Positions 1-12,300 of a stretch of 64,000 nucleotides of DNA are shown in pieces; within the stretch, counting starts at the first letter, position 1; each line of letters starts with the position of its first letter. The notes below the pieces were generated by a model. That model saw nothing but the letters and a program-made list of their open reading frames with translations. It made no database searches and was not told the origin of the DNA. Position numbers and translations under genes: made by a program. Origin of the DNA: Cetorhinus maximus (lineage: Eukaryota); NCBI RefSeq assembly GCF_964194155.1, contig NC_135893.1, positions 21,018,001 through 21,082,000 on the forward strand, read 5' to 3'.

Positions 1-243
1 AAAAACATGCCTGTTTAGAAAAATAAAATGGAACCACAGAAAATGCAAAAAGTCACTCATGTTGTAATTTACAGATTACGTAGGTCTCAGTGCCCCCATC
101 TCCAATTCTCTATAAACAACAGCATATTTAACATAACTTCTTGACTCCTGCAAGGCATGTCTCTTTTAGATAGGAAGCAAATATAAAAATATCAAAAAGG
201 TAATCTTTCTGTGCTGTTTAATTTGTTTCCGAAACCCTGTGGA

Positions 244-312
244 TCAGAGAGCAATAGACTGAGGCAGTCCTTTCTTTAATAGGGTTATCAGGTAACTGCC
301 CAATTCTTCATC
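244..312 (-). CDS. INTS11: INTS11 coding exon 17 (terminal)
   Basis: ttttcctag|GAT GAA GAA TTG = [22 protein letters not shown], with TGA at 246-244. Confidence 0.95.
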   Translation of the reverse strand, partial: DEELGSYLITLLKKGLPQSIAL

Positions 313-3300
313 CTAGGAAAAAGCATATTTAGTCAGTAAGTAGTGTATGTTCAGAAGCAGCATTAAGAATTAGACCTGACTCGGGCAAGGCCTTGCAGAA
401 GAGATAAGGACCTGGTTAATCAGGGTCAGTGGGTCCCTGGAATTGCTTTAGTTACCTAAGGGGATTAAAGAGAAATATTCCAGATTTTAAATGTCCTAAT
501 TGGGACAGGTTGATGGGCCAGATTTTTCCTGCCTTTTTTTTAAGTGCTTTGCATGTTCTAGCTCAGTTTTTAATATTTCTTCTGTGGATCACTCTGAAGC
601 ATTCAGCAAAGAGTAGATGGGCGTGTGGCCTCCTTGTGCACTGCACTATTCTATGATTTTTCAAGGTGTTAAAGGTACAATATAAATGCAAGTTATTGTT
701 AAACAGTTCATCATATAAAATGTAATATGTTAATTAACAACTGCACTTTAGTTCCACTGGGGGGCAGGGGGGGGGAGTTGCTTTGCTGAGCTAAAGCTTT
801 CATCTGATGGAAACAGATCAAATAACTTTGCAACTTGTGTCGTATTCAAATTTGACCAGGTCACACTTGTAAAAGTGAACTCGGTGTAATTTTCCTTCTG
901 CTGCAGTTAACCTTTTGGTAAGTTTTTAATCCTCTACCACAGAAAATGAAACCACCTCCAAGTAATGCAACACCCAATCAGTGTTATTGTGGGCACAAAC
1001 TATGAAGTTACCTTGCCTGACTGATAACAGTTGCATACTGGAAAATTCCATAATGTCTCATTTAAGTAATGAAATTTTCCATGGGTCACACAGGTTTATA
1101 TAACAGTACAGATTCTTAAATATTTAATTTGCACATGTCAATGAGCAGGTTAAAGACTCACATCCAACTAAGTGAACCAAGCACTAAGAAAAATGATCAA
1201 ATGACAATCTAAGAACAGTCAGCCCTAGTAAAAGACAAGATTGAGTAACGTAATTAAAAAAAATATAAATAAAATTACTCCAGCTTTAGTTCCCTTTACA
1301 AATTTCTGTCACGGATTTTAAAAGATTACATGGGTGTAAATCATCAATGATTTATTTGGAAAATTGAATAATTAGTCAAACTGAAGTGAGTTTACAAGCT
1401 GTATTTTGAAAGGTAACAATCAGTGATAATCATAATCACAAAATCTCCAAGGAACACAATCCCGACAGTATAATTTCAGAGGACTATTTGTAAATATAAA
1501 TAACCGGTTAAATTCTCAATCAAAACAGTATTCAATCAGCACCCAATCCCATGGAGGTGACTGGGAGTGATGAATCAGTTCTGCTCTGTTGCCCACTTTA
1601 ATCCAACTGTCACAGTCTAATCAGCAGATGGAACAATCACTCACTTCAATTTAATACAGAATTATCATCAATCTACTAATCTTCCTAGAGGTGGTTGCTT
1701 CTTATTTTTGAGCTACTGGAGGACACCATGTATGTCCAGTCAACTATAATCTCCTATACCTTCAATATAAAGAATGGTTTATGATTCCGCTACACTGAGC
1801 ACTCATATGGGAAATACCTTAAAAAGAAGTTCTCTCAATATGAAGTACATCATCAGACTAGCGTAATGTAGAAGTGGTGTAGTATGCCTCTTATCTGCAG
1901 TTTGGTGCCACTTTTAAGCTCACACACTTCCTATTAGACATCCATGCTGTTAAAATCTGAACTTGTAATCACCTAATCATACTGCTTACTTATATCGGTT
2001 TATCTCTGACTCAGCTGAACCATGGTGATGCCCTGTATGATGGATCTCCATCTTTCAGATTTGGCAATAAATGAAAAACTAGTAAGGAAGCCAATCAGTG
2101 ACAGTGCTGCTGACTGTAAGAGACGTCCTGTTAACAATTAACCAATGACAATTCTCCAATGGAACAAAGGCATATTTATATTACACAGCTTCTATCAAGC
2201 ATAACTCTTTGCAAATTTATTTACTTAACTAGAGGGGAGGACTCAACATTGAAAAGGCTCCCTGTGCACATGCATGGTTTCTATGCACCAGTTTGAAATA
2301 TGTAAATAGTACTTGTATTTGGATATTCCTCAGAGATAAAAACAAAAAACTACTGCGGACGCTGGAAATCCAAAACAAAAACAGAATTACCTGGAAAAAC
2401 TCAGCAGGTCTGGCAGCATCGGTGAAGAAGAAAAGAGTCGACGTTTCAGGTCCACATGATCCTTCAACAGAACTGAAGTATAGTTAGGAGAGGGGTGAAA
2501 TATAAGCTGGTTTAAGGTGGGGGGGGGCGGGGGGAGAGAAGTTGAGGGTGGGGTGGTTGTAGGGACAAGCAAGCAGTGATAGGAGCAGATAATCAAAAGA
2601 TGTCACAGACAAAAGGATCAAAGAGGTGTTGAAGGTGGTGATATTATCTAAGAAAAGTGCTAATTAAGAATGGATGGCAGGACACTCAAGGTACAGCTCT
2701 AGTGGGGGTGGGGTGGAAAGACTGACAAGGTATTAGTTGTAGATTTAAAAATAATGGAAATAGGTGGGAAAAGAAAAATCTATATAAATTATTGGAAAAA
2801 AAAACAGAAGGGAGGGGGAGGAAATGGGGTGGGGATGGGGGGGAGGGGGAGTTTAAGATCTAAAGTTGTTGAATTCAATATTCAGCCCGGAAGGCTGTAA
2901 AGTGCCTAGTCGGAAGATGAGGTGCTGTTCCTCCAGTTTGCGTTGGGCTTCACTGGAACAATGCAGCAAGCCAAGGACAGACATGTGGGCAAGAGAGCAG
3001 GGTGGAGCGTTAAAATGGCAAGCGACAGGGAGGTTTGGGTCTTTCTTGCGGACAGACCGCAGGTGTTCTGCAAAGCGGTCGCCCAGTTTGCGTTTGGTCT
3101 CTCCAATGTAGAGGAGACCGCATTGGGAGCAACGAATGCAGTAGACTAAGTTAGGGGAAATGCAAGTGAAATGCTGACCTGGAAAAATTTATTAATTTTG
3201 CTTCCAATCTCCACCCCTCCATCATTTTCACATGGTCCGTCTCTGACACTTCTCTTCCCTTCCTTGACCTCTCTGTCTCAATTTCTGATGATAGACTGTC

Positions 3301-6300
3301 CACCAATATCCATTACAAGCCTACCGACTCCCACAGCTACCTCGACTACAGCTCCTCACACCCCGCTTCCTGTAAGGACTCCATCCCATTCTCTCAGTTC
3401 CTTCGCCTCCGTCGCATCTGTTCTGATGACGCTACCTTCAAAAACAGTTCCTCTGACATGTTCTCCTTCTTCCTTAACCGAGGTTTTCCACCCACGGTCA
3501 TTGACAGGGCCCTCAACCGTGTCCGTCCCATCTCCCGCGCATCCACCCTCACGCCTTCTCCTCCCTCCCAGAAACATGATAGGGTCCCCCTTGTCCTCAC
3601 TTATCACCCCACCAGCCTCCGCATTCAAAGGATCATCCTCCGCCATTTCTGCCAACTCCAGCATGATGCCACCACCAAACACATCTTCCCTTCACCCCCC
3701 CTGGCGGCATTCCGTAGGGATCGTTCCCTCCGGGACACCCTGGTCCACTCCTCCATCACCCCCTACTCCTCAACCCCCACCTATGGCACCTCCCCATGCC
3801 CACGCAGAAGATGCAACACCTGCCCCTTCACTTTCTCTCTCCTCACCGTCCAAGGGCCCAAACACTCCTTTCAAATGAAGCAGCATTTCACTTGCATTTC
3901 CCCTAACTTAGTCTACTGCATTTGTTGCTCCCAATGCGGTCTCCTCTACATTGGAGAGACCAAACGCAAACTGGGCGCCGCTTTGCAGAACACCTGCGGT
4001 CTGTCCGCAAGAAAGACCCAAACCTCCCTGTCGCTTGCCATTTTAACACTCCACCCTGCTCTCTTGCCCACATGTCTGACCTTGGCTTGCTGCATTGTTC
4101 CAGTGAAGCCCAACGCAAACTGGAGGAACAGCACCTCATCTTCCGACTAGGAACTTTACAGCCTTCCGGGCTGAATATTGAATTCAACAACTTTAGATCT
4201 TAAACTCCCCCTCCCCCCATCCCCACCCCATTTCCTCCCCCTCCCCTTTGTTTTTTTTTCAATAATTTATTTCGATTTTTCTTTTCCCACCTATTTCCAT
4301 TATTTTTAAATCTACAACTAATACCTCGTCAGTCTTTCCACCCCACCCCCACTAGAGCTGTACCTTGAGTGTCCTGCCATCCATTCTTAATTAGCACTTT
4401 TCTTAGATAATATCACCACCTTCAACACCTCTTTGATCTTTTTGTCTGTGACATCTTTTGATTATCTGCTCTTATCACTGCTTGCTTGTCCCTACAACCA
4501 CCCCACCCTCAACTTCTCTCCCTCCGCCCCCCCACCTTAAACCAGCTTATATTTCACCCCTCTCCTAACTATACTTCAGTTCTGTTGAAGGGTCATGTGG
4601 ACCCGAAACGTCGACTCTTTTCTTCTCCACCGATGCTGCCAGACCTGCTGAGTTTTTCCAGGTAATTCTGTTTTTGTTTTGGATATTCCTCCTCTGCCTC
4701 TCCTGACTTCTGCTGGGGTGCAGTTTGCGTTCCCCTTTAAGCAGGTATTCAAACTTTTAAAATATTGAAGCAAATTCAGCATCCACAACAAGAGTTTGCT
4801 AGAAGCTTCAAATCTTATAAATAGACTGACCAACAAAATACTCACTTAATGGCTGAATGTAAACACAACACTCCAGAGTCAGGGCACCACAAAAATAAAC
4901 CATCTCCACGGCAAATTACTGAAATTTGTTTTCAGAAATGCGAATGTCAGAATTGCAGGAACTGGGCCTCATTTCCATGGTACAATAAATTATCCAAATT
5001 AACTTGTCTCCCATGACATTGCACACGGATAGCCCGAGGTCTGATGTTTCGCTACTAACCGGACCTGTCCCTTCAAGGCTGCTCAGTTACTTCTGAGGAG
5101 ACCTGGGGCTGCATGTTTCTCTACCAAACCTTTCAAAATTGGTGGAGATGGAGGAAAAATTAGACCCTTAACGGTGGATCGCCAATCTATTCGGTAGAAG
5201 CTGGTCTACATTGGCCAAGAGGTCAATTGTGAGATAAATGTGAAGATTGCTGGGTACTTGCAAATTCTGTTTACAGGTAAATCTGCAAACCATCTCACGA
5301 ACAGAAATTAACTTACACTGGATCTCAGAATGAAATGACTGCCTTTAGAAAAAGGGTTTTTCACACCCTTTTGCAGTGAGAGAAAGATCGTTATTCATAG
5401 ATGTATGGGCTATGCCAAAGGTTCAGGATCTCTGTTTCGCCAGTTGAGGAGATTCTCCTCAACATTTGGCTGACCATCATAGCAACCATCTTGTAAATAT
5501 AGCAAGCAGATCAGGGAACTTCTACTGGCGGGTCTGCTGAGGCACTTGGCTATCTCAACCATTCACAGATAGATAGGGTAATATGTTAATCTAACTGCTA
5601 AGCTATGTTTCAAACTGTGGGTGATCCTGGAAGTAGACACACACACGCCCACACAGACAAACACCATGCCGCACAGACACATGCACCCCAGCATGGGCAC
5701 ACATGCTTCCCCGCCCGCGCCCCCCCACCCGCCTGCACATGCGCACACGCGTACCCCCTGCTGCGCAGACAATGTTTCACAGGTCACTGGCAGCATTCTC
5801 CACTGATGGGCATCTTGAGGGATTGGCTACATCCTTCAATCTAATTTCACAATTGCAGTTTGTCACATTTCTTCACTTAAGGGCACTAGTTTGGATATTA
5901 GCAGAGTCGCCCTCCTTTTCAGAGGAGGGGCACTTTTAGATGTGTGGGGTATCTTTGGACATTACCCAATCTCACCAATTACTGACCTATATAAAACAGG
6001 ACATGGGAGTGTGAAAGACATTCACCGAGCCTCTAGCTGGATGTCTGATAACATGTGGAACATTCTAAACAGAAGCTGCAATTTTGCAGGATTCCCCACT
6101 GTGCATGAAAGTCACCGACTCTCCAAAATTGCTTCACTCACCTGGTAGGTCCATGAAACTAACACATCTTTAGTACTCTGATCATCAGACATTGCACTGA
6201 TTTTAATGAGAATGGACTCCACCATCACAGAGCCATCAGGGAGATGTTGAATGGGATAGTCCTTCAAGATGCTTCAAGAAGACATTGAAGAAAGGAAAGA

Positions 6301-9300
6301 ATTTTAAAAATTGACCGGTTGAGCAATTTTGAAAGCTCTTGTATCTTAATGCTTTATAAACAGTAACTATATATATAGGACTCAAATTAAAGGCCAACAA
6401 CTCTTTCACCCTTCACCAGCAACTGGACTCTTTCACCCTTCGTTAGCTAATTTCTCCCTTGTCTTTGTTCCTAGAAAACAATATTTATCTGTATTATCAT
6501 TTATGCAAATCAGTTATATATGTAATACTGAGGGGTCCAGTCCAGAACAGGACACCTAGTCACCAATTGGAGAATAGATATTTGTCATTCTTTGGGATTT
6601 TCTGTCCATATTGCCACAGAAAAGGTTTGAAGCTACATTTAAACATAAAGGTTTACCAGATAGCACAGTCACTCAAAAGTTGTTTTTTTAGTACTAAGGT
6701 GAAAAAATAGTTAATATGCTAATAAGCTAGGTACTGAAGTGCTTTTCCCAAAGATTTAAACAATAACCAGTTTTTTTTAGCTTGCATTGGTAATTTCTAA
6801 CCACCTCACACCCAATATGTTAAGAAGTCTCTTGTCCCAGATATGCAGCGGAAACTTTCTATATTAGGCTCTCTTCTATGTTGTGACTGCAGGGGGTTAG
6901 AACAGAGACAGAAACACAAATAGGCTGTCTGACTCTTAAACAAAAATCTGTTAGGGCCAACTGTTGCCTACACTCAGAAGGTTAGCATATAGGACGGTGG
7001 GGAGAGGTTATTTAAGTCGAAGATGAATGACAGATGTGCGGAAGTGTAGCATTTTCATTATTTTGTATTATTTCAAGGAATAAAGTGTTTTGTTTGAATT
7101 AAGTAAGGCCAATCATAACTGTTGCTTGATGTTAATTTGTTCTCTGATCAATATAATTGCGACAGATTGAAGAAATTTGTGAAATCACAAGTTAAAGACA
7201 CAATAACCAGTTCGTAAGAGAAGAATTGTAACATCCCTAGGGTTATGCTATCATATAAATAGATATTATGCAACGCGAGTCAATTGCTGCTCATAAGGGA
7301 CACGGGATCCAAACGTAGGAGGAACCGAAACCACCAAACCTGAGAAGGTATGGCAGCAGATTCAAAATCATAATGGCAATGGAGAGAAAATACAAAAAAA
7401 CCCTTCATTATATCTCCTGCACCTCAGCAGTGAATTGAACAGAACAATAATCAGTTTTGAATTATATATTTTTAAGTTTCATAGTTCCTTGTGTGTACAC
7501 ATTTGGCTGTTTCTTGCTTTATTATTGTGTTTTTTTATCCTTTTCAGCCATTGCTCTGAGTGACACATTTTTCGTTGATTCATATGTCTAACTTCACCCC
7601 TGTATTCTGCTACAGTTAAAATAAAAACAAGTGGAGCTAGTTACTGCCTCCGTTGACCTAAGTAGGGTAATGTGCTCACTTTTTCAGGTGGTTGTATATT
7701 CGGTTTAAGGTGTCCTGTTCTGAGTGGTGGTCCTGTATCTGAACTTTGCACGTGTAACGAAGGTGATGCTCACTGAGACCCAGCTCTTTCACAGCCTGTT
7801 CAGGTGAAACTAGGCGAAGGCTCTAAACGTAAAAGCAACAGGAATGGATGACTTTTAATTTTTCCTTCAATTATTCCCAAATTTCCACTAAAAATACATG
7901 AAACATGCACTACTCACATTATCCTTTATAATCAGTGTACCATGCATTAGTTTTGGTTTCTTTGGATCAGGTACTGGGCCTACAGAACAAGGGGAGAAAA
8001 GTCACAGACATCACAGCAAGTATCAGTAGCAGTGACCGTGCTTACAGACATAGTTTTTATGAAATGTAAAATATTTAGTTTTGTTATTTTCTTATAAATC
8101 ATCTAATAAGTTGAAGTTTTTAACCTCTGCAGGAAATTGTAGTGAATTTTACTTCAATACAATATAAATCATGGAATGTTGTGGCTTCTCAGTGGCACTC
8201 ACTCGCGCAGACCCAAATTCCTGGGTCTCCAGGTTGCTACTGGCCTGTTCTTTGAATACCAGTGGAGTGATAGTCTCCTGCATTACAGTCTAACACTGAC
8301 CTGCTATCATACTGTCTTTGGTCCATGTCAGTATAAAGAAAAATCAAAATGTCTGTGATAGGAATGGACCTATCTTCAAATTGTGCATCCAGTGCATCAG
8401 CTGCTCTGTCAGTTAACATACACAGTAAAGATGCTTCTACATTCTATCAATAATGTAGGTTAAACTTCACACCACAATAATAAAACTTCCACTGCACTTA
8501 TATGTGGCGTTCCCATTTTGCATATCTTCTACTCTTGTGGTCTGTCAGACTGTAAATGAAACATGACGGTGACACAGATAAAGGGAAATTTTGTAGTAAG
8601 GACCTGCGCTCACCAGAAACTGGGTTGAAAATAGCCAAACTATTTCACTTAGTGAAGGTGATCAAGACATCAGCAAGCACATAACACTTGCAAACAAACC
8701 TTCACAAAAACAATTTCACACGTCTTTAGAAATAAGAACATCCCTATGGAAAGCAGAAAGAGATTACGGAAATGCTGCATCTGCTTAACGTTACTACATG
8801 GATATGGAAGTTGGAATATAAGCAAGACAATGGAAAATGAACTAATGGCAGCAGAGATGTGGTTTCTAAGGCATATGAAGAAGATTAGTTCAACAAGACA
8901 CAACTAATGAGGAAGTTTCGAGGAAAATAGGCACACAGGAAGAATTTTTGCAAGTGACCACCAAGAACATCATCTCACCTCTAACTCAAAGTTGTGGTTC
9001 AAGTCCCAATGCAATACTGAGGACTGGTAGATGTACCACCTCTTGGGTGAGACATTAAATCAGGAGCCTTCTCAGGTGAATGTAAAAAAAAAATCCCATG
9101 GCACTATCTGAAGAAGAGCAGAAGAGCTCTCATGCTATTGCGACCGATATCCTTCAATTATCACTAAACTTGAATTTCTGGTCATTTATCAATTTGCTGC
9201 TTGTGGGATTTTGCTGTGGGCAAAGTGGCTGCTGTGCTTTCTACAGCAATGGCTAAACTTCATAAGCACTTTCATTGGCTGAAACGTACTTTGGGATGTC

Positions 9301-12300
9301 CTGAAATTGTGAAAGGTGCTAGATAAATGCATGTCCTTCCTTCTTTAATTTAATTATTTTTCGCCCCACTGCTGAAGCAAAGAGTCTTGCTGGCAGATAG
9401 TTCCACAGGTGCTGGTCATGCTATGATACTTCGCTCAATTGCCTCTCATAGATGAGTGCAGATAATAAGCGTGGGCAAGCTATTCAACAACAGCGAGCAT
9501 CACTGCTGAACTCCAGCTTTTCTTTGGCCAATATCTAAGCACCTGTGTTTTCCAGTTGATAATATAAGTTAGGTGAGCATAAACCGATTGCCCACGTGAC
9601 TCTTACCTTGGAGTTATCTGTGTGTCCCTTCCCTACCAACAGATCTGTGAACAAACCTGGGGCAATCTTGACTGGTGTGCCTCAGTTCCAGGCTGGGCAA
9701 TGCATTAAACATTGGAGCCATAATTCAATCATACTTTTACTTATAAAGGGAATCTCAGGTCTTTTTAAAAAAAAAAGTAGGCTATTTCCTAAATCTTAAG
9801 GTTAAGACCTATTCTGTTACCGAGAGTTGAATCTCCCTTGAGCAAGCTGAGAGATATATCCACGGGAATATTGGGATTAGTGGTGATTGCGGCTGTCTCT
9901 CCATTGGCTGGCATGTAGCAGTTAATACCTGAACAAAAAAACAAAAATGTGAATAAGTATTAAAAGTCTTCTCTCCACCACGTTAAACCAAAAATGTATT
10001 GAAAATGCCAGCAACAAAACATAATTTACAAAAAATTAGTGAAATTGCACCTTGGCAGTGGATTGGCACATTGGGAATACAAACTGCCAGAACAGGTAAT
10101 CATCATACTTGGGGAGGTTTCATCTGCAATTGGAATGAGCAGCCACATTCCTGACTGGGATGGGAAGAAACGCCACATCTGAGGGCTGTGTTTGGGGACA
10201 GTGACATCAGATGACATCAATGAGCTACTTGATACCAATGGGAATCAGGCTTTTCATCAAGCGGAAGTCTGTCAGATACAAAGGGTTTTTGCTTCATTCC
10301 AACTGGGTAGTGGAATGATTCAAAATTATATCCATAGGAAAGAAAAGGAAAGAAAACGTGAGTTTTTTTGGGGGTCCATTTTGTGCTGATTGAGGTGAGG
10401 GATATCAGCATTCAAGAACAATGAATGTTTCTCCTTTGGGCACAATTTTTTTTATATTACACACCTCGAAGCTGGGTATAACAAGACCAAATGCAGTTTA
10501 AAAGTCACTCTATCCCGCCCGAGAACAGCACTCCCATCGTACCAGTGTGATTTTCTTCGGGTGGGATTTTCCACATCCGCCCGCTGTTGGGATCTTCCGA
10601 TCCCGCCGCAAGTTAATGGGCTTCTGGCTGGGGCGCCGCCTCACCCATGGCAGGGCCCACCCACGACGGGGGCCGGAAAATCCCTTCACTTCACACATCA
10701 GCCTCTTGATGGCCTCTCAGTGAGTTACCCAGTTAGTGCCAATTTATCCCAGAATGTGGGCTGTCCTGGGCTTTGTACACACAAGCACCAAGGTTAATTC
10801 TATCCAAATTAATTTTACATGGCATCGTTAGAGCTGGCAGAGAGGGCACCTCTGTCCAAGCTGTCTGGGAGGATTCAAATCCAGGTCCCAGAGATACAAA
10901 AGGCAATGTACTAAATCACTACACTGGGTCAGTCAAAGCACAATAAATATCACAAATTCCAGCTAGAGTTCAGTTGGATAAGGTTCTGCATAACAGATTG
11001 TTGGTTAAACTTTGCGTTTGGATAGGAAAGTGATTAGGAAGTGCAAGGAAAACAGTTGGGATTAAAGAAATATTCTTGGCTTGACAAATAATGACAAGTG
11101 ATGTTCCGCAGGATTGCTGCTAGGAGCCCAGCTTTACACTTTATATTAAATGATTGAGATTCGTACATAGAAAAGTATTTCCAACTTTCCAAACGATGCT
11201 AAGCTAGGAAGTGTGGTGAGGTTTAAGAGGAGGACAGTTCAATTAAGTAAATGACAGTAATAGACTATCCTGTGAGGTAGTACATTTTGGACACAAGAAT
11301 GACAGATGAAAATCCAGTCTAAACGAGGAAACAGAACAGTGCAGATAAATAAAGGAATTTAGTAGTCCGAGTATATAAATCATTAAGAGGAATCAAATAA
11401 AACAAAGGGGCTCTGGGCTTCATCGCGAGACATATAGAATATAAAAGCAAATGCTTGGAGTAAGTACAGCAATAATTCACCAGAATGATACTTGGGGTGA
11501 TGGGATTTAGCCATGTCAAAAAATTGGATAAACATGGGTTAAAGAGAGGTTAAGGGGTTATCTGACTTAAGTATTTGTAATGAAGAAGGGAATAGCAGGG
11601 TTAAGAGAGAAAAAAAACTGCCCTCCTGTATTAGAATCTAGATCGAAAAGGACATTATCTTAAAATCCAAAGAAAGCCAATCAATAGTAAATTCAGAAAC
11701 AATTTCTTCATGCAAAAGGCTGTGAAAATGTGGTATATACAGCTCCATCAGCAGAATTAATAAAGATGTTTCCTAAAGTATCAATTAAGGAATGTGAGAA
11801 AAGGGAATTGGGATTAAAAAGATGAAATCCTCATTGTTAGCAAACTGGTAGAGAATGCCAATTTGCTGAATATCTTGTCCTATTCTTATTTTATGTAATA
11901 CTTGATATTTTCTTCACATGAAAAGATTAGATATTTGCCTTGCAGAGGGTAATAATACCGTATGCGAGCTTCAGTGATACTTACTGAACTCCTGCTCAAT
12001 TTTCTCTTTAAGGAATCCCATCTTCTTAGCCTCTCCATGGACCAGCAGCACATTTTGTGGTTCCACTTGACGGATAAGTTGCATGATGCCTTTGGCGTCA
12101 GCGTGTGCACTGAATGACATGTATTCCACCTGCATCTTCACTTCTAGCTGGGGAGGATAACATGAACAACAGAAGTAATGAGCAGTATTATAAATACTAT
12201 TTTCAATCGAATAGAATTAAAATGATCTTTAATTAAAGAAACTCAAAATCTCAATTCCAAATTTAGATTTAATACAAAAAAATCCTGAAGACAAACCATG

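Larger units (their letters stand above)
2332..4677 (+). mobile_element. Penelope-like retroelement (Neptune-type), 5'-truncated, preceded by an inverted copy of its 3' end
   Basis: The frame from 3176 encodes the RT C-terminus (LPFLD, YKPT, SSHP), a Cys linker CPRRRCNTC and a GIY-YIG endonuclease (NLVY...LYIGET...RFAEH...VACHFN), with a 1-nt deletion at 3977/3978. 2368-3176 is the reverse complement of 3881-4684. A 14-bp direct repeat TTTGGATATTCCTC flanks it at 2318-2331 and 4678-4691. Confidence 0.93.

Noticed and set aside
22-27. Plus-strand AATAAA as the 3' end of a convergent neighbour such as PUSL1
   Set aside because: It sits in an A-rich tract and no exon of such a gene is in the window.
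2085-2150. Two CCAAT boxes with TGACAG/TGACAA next to the Penelope insertion
   Set aside because: No CpG enrichment, TATA or downstream exon; short motifs like these arise by chance or from repeat remnants.
3171-3878. 235-aa Pro/Ser/Thr-rich ORF and overlapping ORFs
   Set aside because: Alternative frames of the C-rich Penelope coding strand.
5891-6148. 85-aa plus-strand ORF
   Set aside because: TTG start, no recognisable motif, runs antisense into INTS11 exon 16.
10026-10411. Long nearly open frames on both strands in INTS11 intron 12
   Set aside because: No recognisable protein, an internal stop on the plus frame, and INTS11 is complete without it.
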